This document shows, in pieces, positions 54,283-63,123 of a DNA stretch of 64,000 nucleotides (within the stretch, counting starts at the first letter, position 1; each line of letters starts with the position of its first letter). The position numbers were made by a program, and so were the translations under genes. The stretch is from contig MEUA01000027.1 in assembly GCA_001771505.1 (NCBI GenBank), positions 81 through 64,080 on the forward strand, given 5' to 3'. This stretch comes from a candidate division WOR-1 bacterium RIFOXYB2_FULL_36_35. GTDB taxonomy: Bacteria > Margulisbacteria > WOR-1 > XYC2-FULL-46-14 > XYC2-FULL-37-10. A model generated the notes under the pieces. It was not told the DNA's origin and made no database searches. It saw only the letters and a list, made by a program, of their open reading frames with translations.

Positions 54283-54289
54283 TTTTTTT

Positions 54290-54904
54290 ATGGCCTCTCT
54301 TTTTGTAACAGGAACCGATACCGGCGTGGGAAAGACCTATGTAACAATCCTATTGGCAAAACATTTGATGCTTAAAGGCTTTGATGTCGGCATAATGAAG
54401 CCGATTTCAACAGGTTCAAAGAAGGATGATGACGCAAGACTACTCAAAAAAACACTCAACTTAAAAGATCCTTTGAGATTAATAAACCCGATACATCTAA
54501 AACTCCCTCTCGCCCCATACGCTGCCGCAAAACTATTAAAAAAGAGACTTAACCTCAAAAAGATTTTTACGGCCTTTGAAAAACTTAAAAAACACCACGA
54601 TATTGTTATCGTAGAAGGAATCGGAGGCGTTTTGGTCCCTATTCTAAAAGATTATTTCGTCGCGGATTTAATAAAAGATTTTAATATTCCTGTCTTGATT
54701 GTCGCCAGGGCTGGGCTCGGGACTATAAATCACACACTTTTAACTATTGAAGCTTTAAAAAAACGAAAGGTAAAAATCGCTGGAATCGTCATGAACGGAT
54801 TTATAAAAAAAGAAACTTCAGAAAAAACAAACGCAGATATAATTGAAGAAATATCCCATATGCCGGTCATGGGCAAATTAACCCAGGTTATTCACTCCGA
54901 TTAG
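54290..54904 (+). CDS. bioD: Dethiobiotin synthetase
   Basis: FVTGTDTGVGKTYVT P-loop, VEGIGGVLVP. Confidence 0.9.
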   Translation: MASLFVTGTDTGVGKTYVTILLAKHLMLKGFDVGIMKPISTGSKKDDDARLLKKTLNLKDPLRLINPIHLKLPLAPYAAAKLLKKRLNLKKIFTAFEKLKKHHDIVIVEGIGGVLVPILKDYFVADLIKDFNIPVLIVARAGLGTINHTLLTIEALKKRKVKIAGIVMNGFIKKETSEKTNADIIEEISHMPVMGKLTQVIHSD

Positions 54905-55040
54905 GATAATCGGGGTGAATAATCTATGAAAAGTCCGTCTGCAAAAGACTGATTTCTAATCCCTTCACCCCGATTATTCATACCTAAGGATTCTCTCAAC
55001 AACCTACTAGAATTCTGTTCATCCATGAATAATCGGGGTT
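54879..55040. repeat. Family-A composite element (reverse orientation)
   Basis: aacccaggttattca at 54879 lies inside the bioD 3-prime end. Then ccgattaggataatcggggtgaataat, and a full reverse copy ending tgaataatcggggtt at 55040. Confidence 0.8.
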
Positions 55041-55077
55041 CGCTGTTTAAATCAATTTTTCTTAAGAAAACTCTGGC

Positions 55078-55467
55078 ATGAAAATTGCTACTATTTTCCA
55101 TATGGGACAAGAAAGTTATAATTTAGGAAAAGATGGCGAAGAAAGAGCATGCAATTTCCTGCAACAAAAAGAATTCCGCATTATAGAACGAAATTTCAGA
55201 TCACGCCAAGGTGAAATTGATATTATCGCAAAAGACCAAGATTTTTTAGTCTTTGTTGAAGTAAAAAACTACTCGCATAAAAGTTTCTTTACCCCAATTT
55301 ATGCAATAAGAAAAAGCAAGAAAGAGTCAATCATTCATGCAGCAAAATTATATATATATAAGAAAAAGCTTTACAACACACTATGCCGGTTTGATGTAGT
55401 GGCGATTTATCGTCATATATCAGGGGAGATAATTATAGATCATATTAAAAACTCTTTCGGGATATAA
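55078..55467 (+). CDS. yraN: YraN-family (UPF0102) endonuclease-like protein
   Basis: GEERACNFLQQKEFRIIERNFRSRQGEIDIIAKDQDFLVFVEVK. An alternative start is the ATG at 55102. Confidence 0.85.
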   Translation: MKIATIFHMGQESYNLGKDGEERACNFLQQKEFRIIERNFRSRQGEIDIIAKDQDFLVFVEVKNYSHKSFFTPIYAIRKSKKESIIHAAKLYIYKKKLYNTLCRFDVVAIYRHISGEIIIDHIKNSFGI

Positions 55468-55489
55468 ATAAAAAAGAGGGTGAAGAGTT

Positions 55490-57016
55490 GTGCTGGTAAA
55501 ATTAAAAAGTGCGGCTTTATATGGGCTTGAAGGAGAAATAATAAGAGTAGAAATCGACGCAAGCAAAGGACTTCCGGGCCAAAGCATCGTGGGACTTCCA
55601 GATGCAGCGGTACGCGAAAGCAGAGATAGGGTAAGATGTGCCATTATAAACTCCGGGTTTGAATTCCCTCCTTATTACTTTACTATTAATTTAGCTCCGG
55701 GCGATACCAGAAAAGAGGGCTCTTTATACGACCTTCCTATGGCAGTAGGAATCCTCTGCGCTTCAAATCAAGTATCAAAAGAGAGATTAAAAGAATCCGT
55801 TTTTATAGGAGAGCTCTCTTTAAACGGAGATGTAAAAGGGGTATCAGGAATACTCCCCATTTGTCATTCTCTCTATAAAAAAGGAGTAAAAAATGTTGTT
55901 GTATCAAAAGAGAATGCCGACGAAGCTGCATTAGTAGAAAACCTTGTAGTAATTTCTGTCACTTCCTTAAAAGAGACTGTCGAATTTTTAAACAAAGAAA
56001 AAGAAATTGAGCCTCATATTGTAGATGTTTCTAATTTATTTAAAAACGACCAGGAATTTGATGTCGATTTCTCCGAAATAAAAGGGCAAACTCATGCAAA
56101 AAGAGCATTAGAGATAGCAGCCGCCGGGGGACATAACATCCTGATGATAGGGCCTCCTGGGTCAGGAAAAACAATGCTGGCAAAAAGGATTCCGACCATT
56201 ATGCCATTTTTATCTTCTGATGAAGCCCTTGAAGTGACAAAAATTTATTCTGTAACAGGACTAATTAATAAAAAAAGGATTCTTATAACAAAACGCCCAT
56301 TTAGAACCCCACATCACACAACATCAAATATCGGAATAATAGGAGGAGGGAGAATTCCAAGGCCGGGAGAAGTCTCTCTTGCCCATTTTGGCGTTTTATT
56401 TTTAGATGAACTTCCTGAATTTAACAGAGAAGTAATAGAAGTTCTAAGAGAACCATTAGAAGATAATAAAGTTACAGTTTCAAGGGCGCTTGGCTCTGTT
56501 ACATATCCCGCAAACTTTATGCTTATCGCGGCAATGAACCCCTGCCCTTGTGGCAATTACATGGATACGCTACAACAATGTTTGTGTCCTCCAAATAAAG
56601 TCCAAAAATACTGGAGCAAAATATCAGGACCGCTCTTAGACAGAATAGATATCCACATAGAAGTTCCAAGATTAAAAAAAGATGAATTAACTTCTCTCCC
56701 TCAATGCGAAACGTCCGCCCAAATAAAAGAACGGGTATGTAAAGCGAGAAACATTCAAGAAAAAAGGTTTAAAGATTTATCATTCAGGCTAAATTCAAAT
56801 TTAAATCCAAAATACATGAAAGTTTTTTGTGATTTAAAAGAAGAAGTCGGCAATTTTTTAAAATCGGCTATTACCCATCTGAAAATAAGCGGAAGAGGCT
56901 ATGATAGAATAATTAAATTAGCAAGAACTATTGCAGATTTAGAAGGATCAACTGATATAAAAACAGAACACATCGCAGAAGCCATGCAGTTTAGAACATT
57001 AAAATTAAAAGAATAG
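55490..57016 (+). CDS. comM: Mg-chelatase-like AAA+ protein ComM/YifB
   Basis: GTG start. GLPGQSIVGLPDAAVRESRDRV, Walker A GPPGSGKT, FLDELPEF. Confidence 0.93.
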   Translation: MLVKLKSAALYGLEGEIIRVEIDASKGLPGQSIVGLPDAAVRESRDRVRCAIINSGFEFPPYYFTINLAPGDTRKEGSLYDLPMAVGILCASNQVSKERLKESVFIGELSLNGDVKGVSGILPICHSLYKKGVKNVVVSKENADEAALVENLVVISVTSLKETVEFLNKEKEIEPHIVDVSNLFKNDQEFDVDFSEIKGQTHAKRALEIAAAGGHNILMIGPPGSGKTMLAKRIPTIMPFLSSDEALEVTKIYSVTGLINKKRILITKRPFRTPHHTTSNIGIIGGGRIPRPGEVSLAHFGVLFLDELPEFNREVIEVLREPLEDNKVTVSRALGSVTYPANFMLIAAMNPCPCGNYMDTLQQCLCPPNKVQKYWSKISGPLLDRIDIHIEVPRLKKDELTSLPQCETSAQIKERVCKARNIQEKRFKDLSFRLNSNLNPKYMKVFCDLKEEVGNFLKSAITHLKISGRGYDRIIKLARTIADLEGSTDIKTEHIAEAMQFRTLKLKE

Positions 57017-57115
57017 ACTGGGATTGATTCGATTTTGTGTCATCGGACATTATCATGTTGCCGCTACAATACAAAAACTTGTACCTTTTCAGTTTTTTGG
57101 CAACACTTACATTCT

Positions 57116-57203
57116 GGGACTGTTGCATAATGACAGTTTTTGTAATTTGTCATCCCCGCGAAAGCGGGGAGCCACACGGGAATGACCATTATGCAACAGT
57201 CCC
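57116..57203. mobile_element. Family-B MITE with an internal deletion; 5-bp TSD
   Basis: TIRs gggactgttgcataatg / cattatgcaacagtccc, flanked by attct (57111-57115) and attct (57204-57208). Confidence 0.9.
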
Positions 57204-57257
57204 ATTCTATAAAAACTTGACCTTGTAGTTAATAAGCTTTAGAGTTAAAATGTCCCC

Positions 57258-57500
57258 GTGCCAGAAGAAATATCATCAATGAAAATAAATGAAAAATATA
57301 AAAAGCTCAATGCCACTAATGAGCTACTAAAGTGCATCTTCTATAAAGACAAAATATGCAGACCACATCAAATACAATTTAAACTTTGCATTAAATGCCA
57401 TAAGTGCAAAGCCATTACAATTGAAACGGCAATTCCAAGGCTTTTTGAAAAAATAATAATAATGGCGCGTAGCTTGGCTTCGGTCTTTTTAAATAAATGA
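57258..57500 (+). CDS. Small Cys-rich hypothetical protein (about 73-80 aa)
   Basis: ORF lying between a family-B and a family-A element. CIFYKDKICRPHQIQFKLCIKCHKCK. No SD, and the start is uncertain (GTG 57258 or ATG 57279). Confidence 0.3.
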   Translation: MPEEISSMKINEKYKKLNATNELLKCIFYKDKICRPHQIQFKLCIKCHKCKAITIETAIPRLFEKIIIMARSLASVFLNK

Positions 57501-57582
57501 ACCTCGATTACTTATGCCTAAAGAAATTCAAGAGTTCTATCAATTATTGATTCTACTGTAAAGAATCTGGGAAAAGACTGAT

Positions 57583-57682
57583 TCACCCAGATTATTCATA
57601 GACGAACAGAATTCTAGCAGAGGGTTGGAAATTTTCCCAGGTATGAACCCCGATTTCCTAATCTGGGTGAATAATCAGGGTT
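57583..57682. repeat. Family-A element, full-length copy
   Basis: Near-identical to 93-192 over about 100 bp. The right terminus overlaps the TGA stop of the ATPase gene. Confidence 0.85.
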
Positions 57683-58647
57683 CAATCAATATCGATCACT
57701 CTAAATATCTCCTCTTTTGTTGTTATTCCTTCCGCTAATAACCTTAAAGCCTCATCTTTCAATCTTCTTCTATTAACACCTGAACAATCGGTAGCAATTT
57801 CAAAAATAGCACGCCGACCAGAAGGTTTGACTCTTAACAGGCGTTGAGCAATAATCCCTACAAGCACATCCTTAACTAGATATTCTTCAATACCCAAATC
57901 TACAAGTCTTGTAAACGCGCTGCTCGCATCCCTTGTATGCAACGTCCCCAAAACCATATGACCCGTTAACGCAGCCTGAACCGCAACTTTTGCAGTTTCA
58001 AAATCTCTAATCTCTCCAACAAGAATTATATCCGGATCTTGCCTTAACACAGCCCTTAAAATTTTAGAAAAATCAAATCCTGTTTTATAATTAACTTGGA
58101 CCTGATTAATGCCAGGCAGCTGGTATTCAACCGGATCTTCAATAGTTACAATATTGTTTTCTTTGCTGTTTAATTCTTTAAGTGTTGCATACAAAGTTGT
58201 TGTTTTCCCTGACCCCGTGGGCCCTGTCACCAAAACCATTCCGCTTTTTTTATTAATCATCTTTCTGTACAAATCAAGATCTTCAGGGTTAAACCCAAGC
58301 CTTAATAAGTCAAATTTTGTTTTATCCCTTTGTAAAATTCTAATTACAACTTTCTCTCCATGAATTGTAGGCAACGTGGAAATGCGAAAATCGACATAAT
58401 CTTTATCAAACTTTATTTTATATCTGCCATCTTGAGGAATTCGGCTTTCGGCTATATCTAAGCCAACCATCACTTTTGTACTTGCAACAATAGCGGGATG
58501 CTCATCCTTGGGAAAAGTCTCCTGATCAGCAATCAATCCGTCTGTCCTGACCCTGATCTTGGTAAATTCCTCGCGAGGTTCAATATGAATATCAGACGCG
58601 CCTCTTTCTATGGCATTTAGTATTATCTTCTCAACCTTTTTTCTCAC
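57682..58647 (-). CDS. GspE/PilB-type type II/IV secretion ATPase, short form (core only)
   Basis: ASDIHIEP, Walker A GPTGSGKTTT, Asp/His boxes (VGEIRD, GHMVLGTLHT). Only 321 aa, with no N-terminal domains and no Cys4 motif. Confidence 0.8.
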   Translation of the reverse strand: MRKKVEKIILNAIERGASDIHIEPREEFTKIRVRTDGLIADQETFPKDEHPAIVASTKVMVGLDIAESRIPQDGRYKIKFDKDYVDFRISTLPTIHGEKVVIRILQRDKTKFDLLRLGFNPEDLDLYRKMINKKSGMVLVTGPTGSGKTTTLYATLKELNSKENNIVTIEDPVEYQLPGINQVQVNYKTGFDFSKILRAVLRQDPDIILVGEIRDFETAKVAVQAALTGHMVLGTLHTRDASSAFTRLVDLGIEEYLVKDVLVGIIAQRLLRVKPSGRRAIFEIATDCSGVNRRRLKDEALRLLAEGITTKEEIFRVIDID

Positions 58648-58686
58648 TCTAAAAAATCAAGCAATTTTCATGCCACAAAAACATTT

Positions 58687-58723
58687 CAACCCGATTATGA
58701 ACCCCGACTATGATAATAGGGGT
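58687..58723. repeat. Family-A fragments
   Basis: aacccgattatgaaccccgactatgataataggggt. Confidence 0.6.
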
Positions 58724-58782
58724 CAAATTGATGGAGTTGGGGGTGATGAAGTTTAATCAAAAAGGTCAGAAATTAGTCGTAT

Positions 58783-60066
58783 TTAAAAAAGAAGTTTTTT
58801 GTCTCTGACAACTATTTTACCGCCAACAATTGTATAAACAATCCTACCTTTAACTTTCATTCCGTTAAAGGGCGAATTTTTAGATTTTGAAGCAAAACTT
58901 TTGATGTCAACCTCATATTCAGCATTAGGATCAACAATAACAATATCGGCATCTACTCCAACCTTAATTTCACCTTTTGGAATTCCCAAAATTTTAGCAG
59001 GATTTATAGTCATCTTACCTATTATTTCATTTAGTGGGATCTCTTCCGATAAAAACGTAAGAGCAAGAGGAAATGCAGTTTCAAACCCAACCATCCCTTT
59101 AGCAGCAAGCCCAAATTCAACGTTTTTTTTCTCTTCCCTATGAGGAGCATGATCGGTAGCTATTGCATCAATCGTCCCGTCCTTTAATCCTAAAACTATC
59201 TCTCTCCTGTCATTTTCTCCTCTAAGAGGAGGATTTACTTTCGCAAAAGTATTAAACCCATCAACTTCTTTTTCAGTTAAAGAAAAATAATGCGGGCAGG
59301 TATCAGCAGTCACAGGAATCCCCTTTGACTTTGCTTCCCGAATAAGCTTTACAGAAGAAGCGGTCGACACATGCGTAATATGCACAGATCCAAATTCAGC
59401 AGCCAGAGAAATATCTCTTTCTACCATAATTTCTTCGGCCTGCCTGGGAATTCCTCTAAGCCCTAGAATTGTAGACATAGCCCCTTCATTCATCTGTCCC
59501 CCCACGGACAATTCCAGATTTTCCGGATGAGAAATGATTTTAACATCAAACGCTTTCGCATATTCAAGCGCAAGTCTCATAATTTTTGAATCTGCAATCG
59601 GTCTCCCATCATCTGAAAAAGCAACGGCCCCCTCCCCTAACATTCGCCCCATCTGAGCAAGTTTTTTCCCTTCAAGTCCCACCGTAACAGCCCCAATCGG
59701 AAAAACATTAACAACTCCTGAGCTTTTTGCCTCTGAAACAACATATTTAACCATGGAGGGAGAATCAATTGGAGGATTTGTGTTTGCCATACAAGAAATA
59801 GAAGTAAAGCCCCCTTTTGCTGCGGAGTTTGTTCCGGAAGCAATAGTCTCCTCTTCCGGATCTCCCGGATCACGCAAATGACAATGAAGATCCACAAACC
59901 CGGGGGAAACCAGTAACCCTGAAGCATCAATAATTTCGGCATCTTTAGGAATTTTTAGGTTTTTGCCGATAGATTTTACAATGCCGTCTTCAATTAAAAT
60001 ATCAGTATTTTCTCCCTTTTTTGATGAGGGGGTTATTACCTTGCCGTTGCAAATTACTATAACCAT
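58783..60066 (-). CDS. pyrC: Dihydroorotase
   Basis: DLHCHLRDPG, ATDHAPH. Confidence 0.93.
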   Translation of the reverse strand: MVIVICNGKVITPSSKKGENTDILIEDGIVKSIGKNLKIPKDAEIIDASGLLVSPGFVDLHCHLRDPGDPEEETIASGTNSAAKGGFTSISCMANTNPPIDSPSMVKYVVSEAKSSGVVNVFPIGAVTVGLEGKKLAQMGRMLGEGAVAFSDDGRPIADSKIMRLALEYAKAFDVKIISHPENLELSVGGQMNEGAMSTILGLRGIPRQAEEIMVERDISLAAEFGSVHITHVSTASSVKLIREAKSKGIPVTADTCPHYFSLTEKEVDGFNTFAKVNPPLRGENDRREIVLGLKDGTIDAIATDHAPHREEKKNVEFGLAAKGMVGFETAFPLALTFLSEEIPLNEIIGKMTINPAKILGIPKGEIKVGVDADIVIVDPNAEYEVDIKSFASKSKNSPFNGMKVKGRIVYTIVGGKIVVRDKKLLF

Positions 60067-60818
60067 ATTGATTTTTTTACTTTATAAAAAAGACCTTTGA
60101 TTGGTCCGCGTTTTTTTTTATCTTCGGATTGCAGGGTCTTTAAAGCCTCTTCTGCTGCCTTCTGCTCCGCCTCTTTTTTGTTAAGCCCCTGTCCCTCCCC
60201 CATAATCTTGCCTTTTATTCTAACCCCTATGATAAACTCTTTTTTATGTTTTGGCCCAATCTCTCTTAAAACTTTATATTGGGGGAGCATCCATTTCTTT
60301 TTTTGAACAAATTCCTGCAACGCGGATTTATAATCTTTTATATATCCTGCGCTGCTAACTTTGTCTATTTCACTTTTTAAAAAATCTATTAAAAAATCTC
60401 TAATTTTTCCCAATCCGGCATCAAGATATATCGCGCCAACAAGAGCCTCAAAGGCATTTGCAACGTTAGAACGTTTTTTTTGTCCTTCATTCCTTTTTTC
60501 ATTTTCAGAAAGCAAAAGATATTCACCCAGTTTTATTCTGTTTGCTACCCGCGCCAACGTTTCATCTGAAATCACCGTAGCTCTAATTTTGGTTAAATCT
60601 CCTTCAGGTCTTGATGGAAAACGATTGTAGATATATTCTGAAATAACAAGTTTTATAACAGCATCGCCAAGAAATTCCAATCTTTCATTATCTAAAACGT
60701 TGGCTTCATTAGCAAAAGAGGAATGCGTAAGAGACTGATTTAGTAACTGTTTATTGAGAAAAGCTACCCGAATTTTACTTTCTAAGTCGGAGAGCTCTTT
60801 ATCGCGTTGCATTGACAT
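60057..60818 (-). CDS. rnc: Ribonuclease III
   Basis: ERLEFLGDAV signature, C-terminal dsRBD (GPKHKKEF ... GEGQGLNKKEAEQKAA). Confidence 0.95.
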   Translation of the reverse strand: MSMQRDKELSDLESKIRVAFLNKQLLNQSLTHSSFANEANVLDNERLEFLGDAVIKLVISEYIYNRFPSRPEGDLTKIRATVISDETLARVANRIKLGEYLLLSENEKRNEGQKKRSNVANAFEALVGAIYLDAGLGKIRDFLIDFLKSEIDKVSSAGYIKDYKSALQEFVQKKKWMLPQYKVLREIGPKHKKEFIIGVRIKGKIMGEGQGLNKKEAEQKAAEEALKTLQSEDKKKRGPIKGLFYKVKKSIWL

Positions 60819-60903
60819 TTATATTATATATCATCTACAATGGAAGATCAATAGATTGTAATTAATACTATTACAAAAACACAAGCAGAAAAAAGGAGCG
60901 AAA

Positions 60904-61821
60904 ATGGGGGAACTTTCACCAATCACAGCATTTTCTCTTGGAATAGAAGAAGATTTTCCAGCGCCGTCAAAAAGAGGACAATTAAATGTTCTTATAAAAA
61001 ACGACAGCGAACTTATCAAGCAATTTCCTTTTAGGGCAGATATAGGCGAAATAAAGTTTCGCCTTGCAGATGCCTTAGTCGGAAGAGGCTCTCCCGGAGA
61101 TTACGAAAGAGCGGCGGCAATTTATGAAGAGATCTTAAAAAATTACGGGTCTCCCTATTTACGGGCGCGCGCACAAATAGGAAAGGCAGAACTTCTAACG
61201 CCAGGAATCAGGCCTGAAAATATTTCCATGGCATTGCAACTTTGTGAGACGGCAAGAAAAAACTTAAAATCAGACATATCTGACTTTTTTATGGCAAAGA
61301 CTTATATAATAGAAGCAGATCTACGTTTGGTTCGCGACAACAAAAAAGAAAAAGACCATGAAAAGGCGATGAAGCTTCATGAAAAACTGATAAAAAGCAG
61401 AAAAGCAAACTGGTATTTCAGGGCCAGGGCCCATATAGGAAAAGCAGAATTAATCCTCTATCACTTTCCCAAAAAAATCTCTCAGGCCGTAATTTTATGT
61501 GAAAAAGCAGAAAGGGGACTAATTAACAGGCCGGACGATTATTTTGCAATAAAAGTTAAATTAATTAAAGCTCAATTAATTCGCAGAAGAGGAAGAGGGC
61601 ATGATTTAAGAAAGACCTCACAACTTTTAGAAGAAATAATAAAAACTAATACCTCCTATCAAGATCTGGCAGCTCAAGCAAGAGTTGCTTTGGCAGAAAT
61701 AAGCCCGATAGACAAGGCCTGCAAAATTCTTCAGCAATTACATGAAATGGAGGGGCTTGAACCCTACATCAAACAAAAAATAAAGATGTTAGATGAAGAG
61801 CTTAAAACGAAAAAAGAATAA
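60904..61821 (+). CDS. Hypothetical helical-repeat (TPR-like) protein (305 aa)
   Basis: SD AAGGAG 6 nt upstream. Internal repeats of about 75 aa (YLRARAQIGKAELL / YFRARAHIGKAELIL / LAAQARVALAEI). Confidence 0.6.
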   Translation: MGELSPITAFSLGIEEDFPAPSKRGQLNVLIKNDSELIKQFPFRADIGEIKFRLADALVGRGSPGDYERAAAIYEEILKNYGSPYLRARAQIGKAELLTPGIRPENISMALQLCETARKNLKSDISDFFMAKTYIIEADLRLVRDNKKEKDHEKAMKLHEKLIKSRKANWYFRARAHIGKAELILYHFPKKISQAVILCEKAERGLINRPDDYFAIKVKLIKAQLIRRRGRGHDLRKTSQLLEEIIKTNTSYQDLAAQARVALAEISPIDKACKILQQLHEMEGLEPYIKQKIKMLDEELKTKKE

Positions 61822-61828
61822 TGATAAT

Positions 61829-62848
61829 TTAGCTCCCAAGTTTTTCCATCACTTTTATTAAAATATTTTGCCAAACAGGGAGAGACTCAGCTTCATTCCT
61901 GCGAGACAAATCACTGGCTTCCGGTATTATTGCCGACAACATTGAACTAAGAGGAGAAAACTCTACCATAGTAGGATTAAGTCCAGCCAAAACCAACTTT
62001 CCCCTATTCCCTGCTTCAACAATAGCCCTCATAAATTGATTGGAAATAAGCTCATCAGCCAAAAAACTTGAGCTCAAAAAGCCTACAAAAGCATTTCCGC
62101 GATTTACATAATCATAATGTTCATATATGTTACTTCCAGTCTCAACTCCCCAGCTTAAACGAAGCTCCACACTATAATACTCAAACGCTCTACATATCTG
62201 CCTGAAAAATAGATTTTTCTTTATATTATCTTCGTCATTACTAGCCGCAATAAAAGAGAGACTCTTTCCAGCTCCGTTTATCGATCGCGGCCAAGCAGAG
62301 GAAAAACTGTTTATGGTCGGCAATATAACCCCGCTACTATCTTTACTAAAATCACCAGACATTATAATGGCCCCTAAATTTACCCACTCATTTATAGCTT
62401 GAGGTTGCTTCTGCAAAGAGAGAGATGACTCCCCAGACATTACGGGAACTCTATCCACCCACAACCAGGGGCCACAAATAAAAGGTCGATAATTAACAAG
62501 AAGGGCTTTTCCATTGTTAGCTTTGTTTAAAAATTCCATTCGTATATCATTAAATAACGTCCCGCTACCAAATTGAGGCAAAAAATTATCAAAGAAAAGA
62601 TCTGGACTTGCAAAAGCAATAGTATAATCCGCAGAAATAATATTTTCCAGATGTTGGACACGGTTACATCTTGATCCCTTTGATTCCCACGATTTTAAAA
62701 CTTCAACGCCAATGCCTTCAAGCCTTGCTTGTAATCCTTTTAAGTTGTCTCCATGCCATTGTAACGGCGCTTTTTTTCTGTTGTAATTTTCCAAAACTCC
62801 CATTCTTTTTAAATCTGTCGGATGAATAATAAACGATACACTTGTCAT
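61829..62848 (-). CDS. Hypothetical protein (339 aa)
   Basis: SD GGAGGT about 11 nt upstream of the ATG. No recognisable motif. Confidence 0.6.
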   Translation of the reverse strand: MTSVSFIIHPTDLKRMGVLENYNRKKAPLQWHGDNLKGLQARLEGIGVEVLKSWESKGSRCNRVQHLENIISADYTIAFASPDLFFDNFLPQFGSGTLFNDIRMEFLNKANNGKALLVNYRPFICGPWLWVDRVPVMSGESSLSLQKQPQAINEWVNLGAIIMSGDFSKDSSGVILPTINSFSSAWPRSINGAGKSLSFIAASNDEDNIKKNLFFRQICRAFEYYSVELRLSWGVETGSNIYEHYDYVNRGNAFVGFLSSSFLADELISNQFMRAIVEAGNRGKLVLAGLNPTMVEFSPLSSMLSAIIPEASDLSRRNEAESLPVWQNILIKVMEKLGS

Positions 62849-62994
62849 AATTTAATTTACCTCCAGGCCATTCAACTCGCTCAAGATTTTCCTATAGTTT
62901 AATATCGTAAAATGGTTTTCATTATTTCACTGTTTTTAAATAATTTTTATGATAAAATTATAAAATTGTTATGTAATATGAAAATGATCATCTT

Positions 62995-63093
62995 AACCCC
63001 GATTATTTATGGACGAACAGAACTCTAGTAGGCTGTTGGGAAAATCCTTAGGTATTCACCCCGATTAGGGAATCGGGGTGAATAATCGGGGTT
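62995..63093. repeat. Family-A element, full-length copy
   Basis: ttaaccccgattatttatggacgaacagaactctagtag ... caccccgattagggaatcggggtgaataatcggggttaa. Confidence 0.85.
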
Positions 63094-63123
63094 AAAATAC
63101 TTTTTATATAAAGGAGATCTATA

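Noticed and set aside
57583-58723. Family-A hairpins as integron attC sites flanking gene cassettes (for example the ATPase gene).
   Set aside because: There is no integrase in the window. The repeats flank core housekeeping genes as often as orphans, orientation is not uniform, and the termini do not fit the RYYYAAC/GTTRRRY cores well.
93-63093. Dispersed family-A and family-B repeats as a CRISPR array.
   Set aside because: Copies are kilobases apart with genes between them. There are no regularly spaced short spacers and no cas genes.
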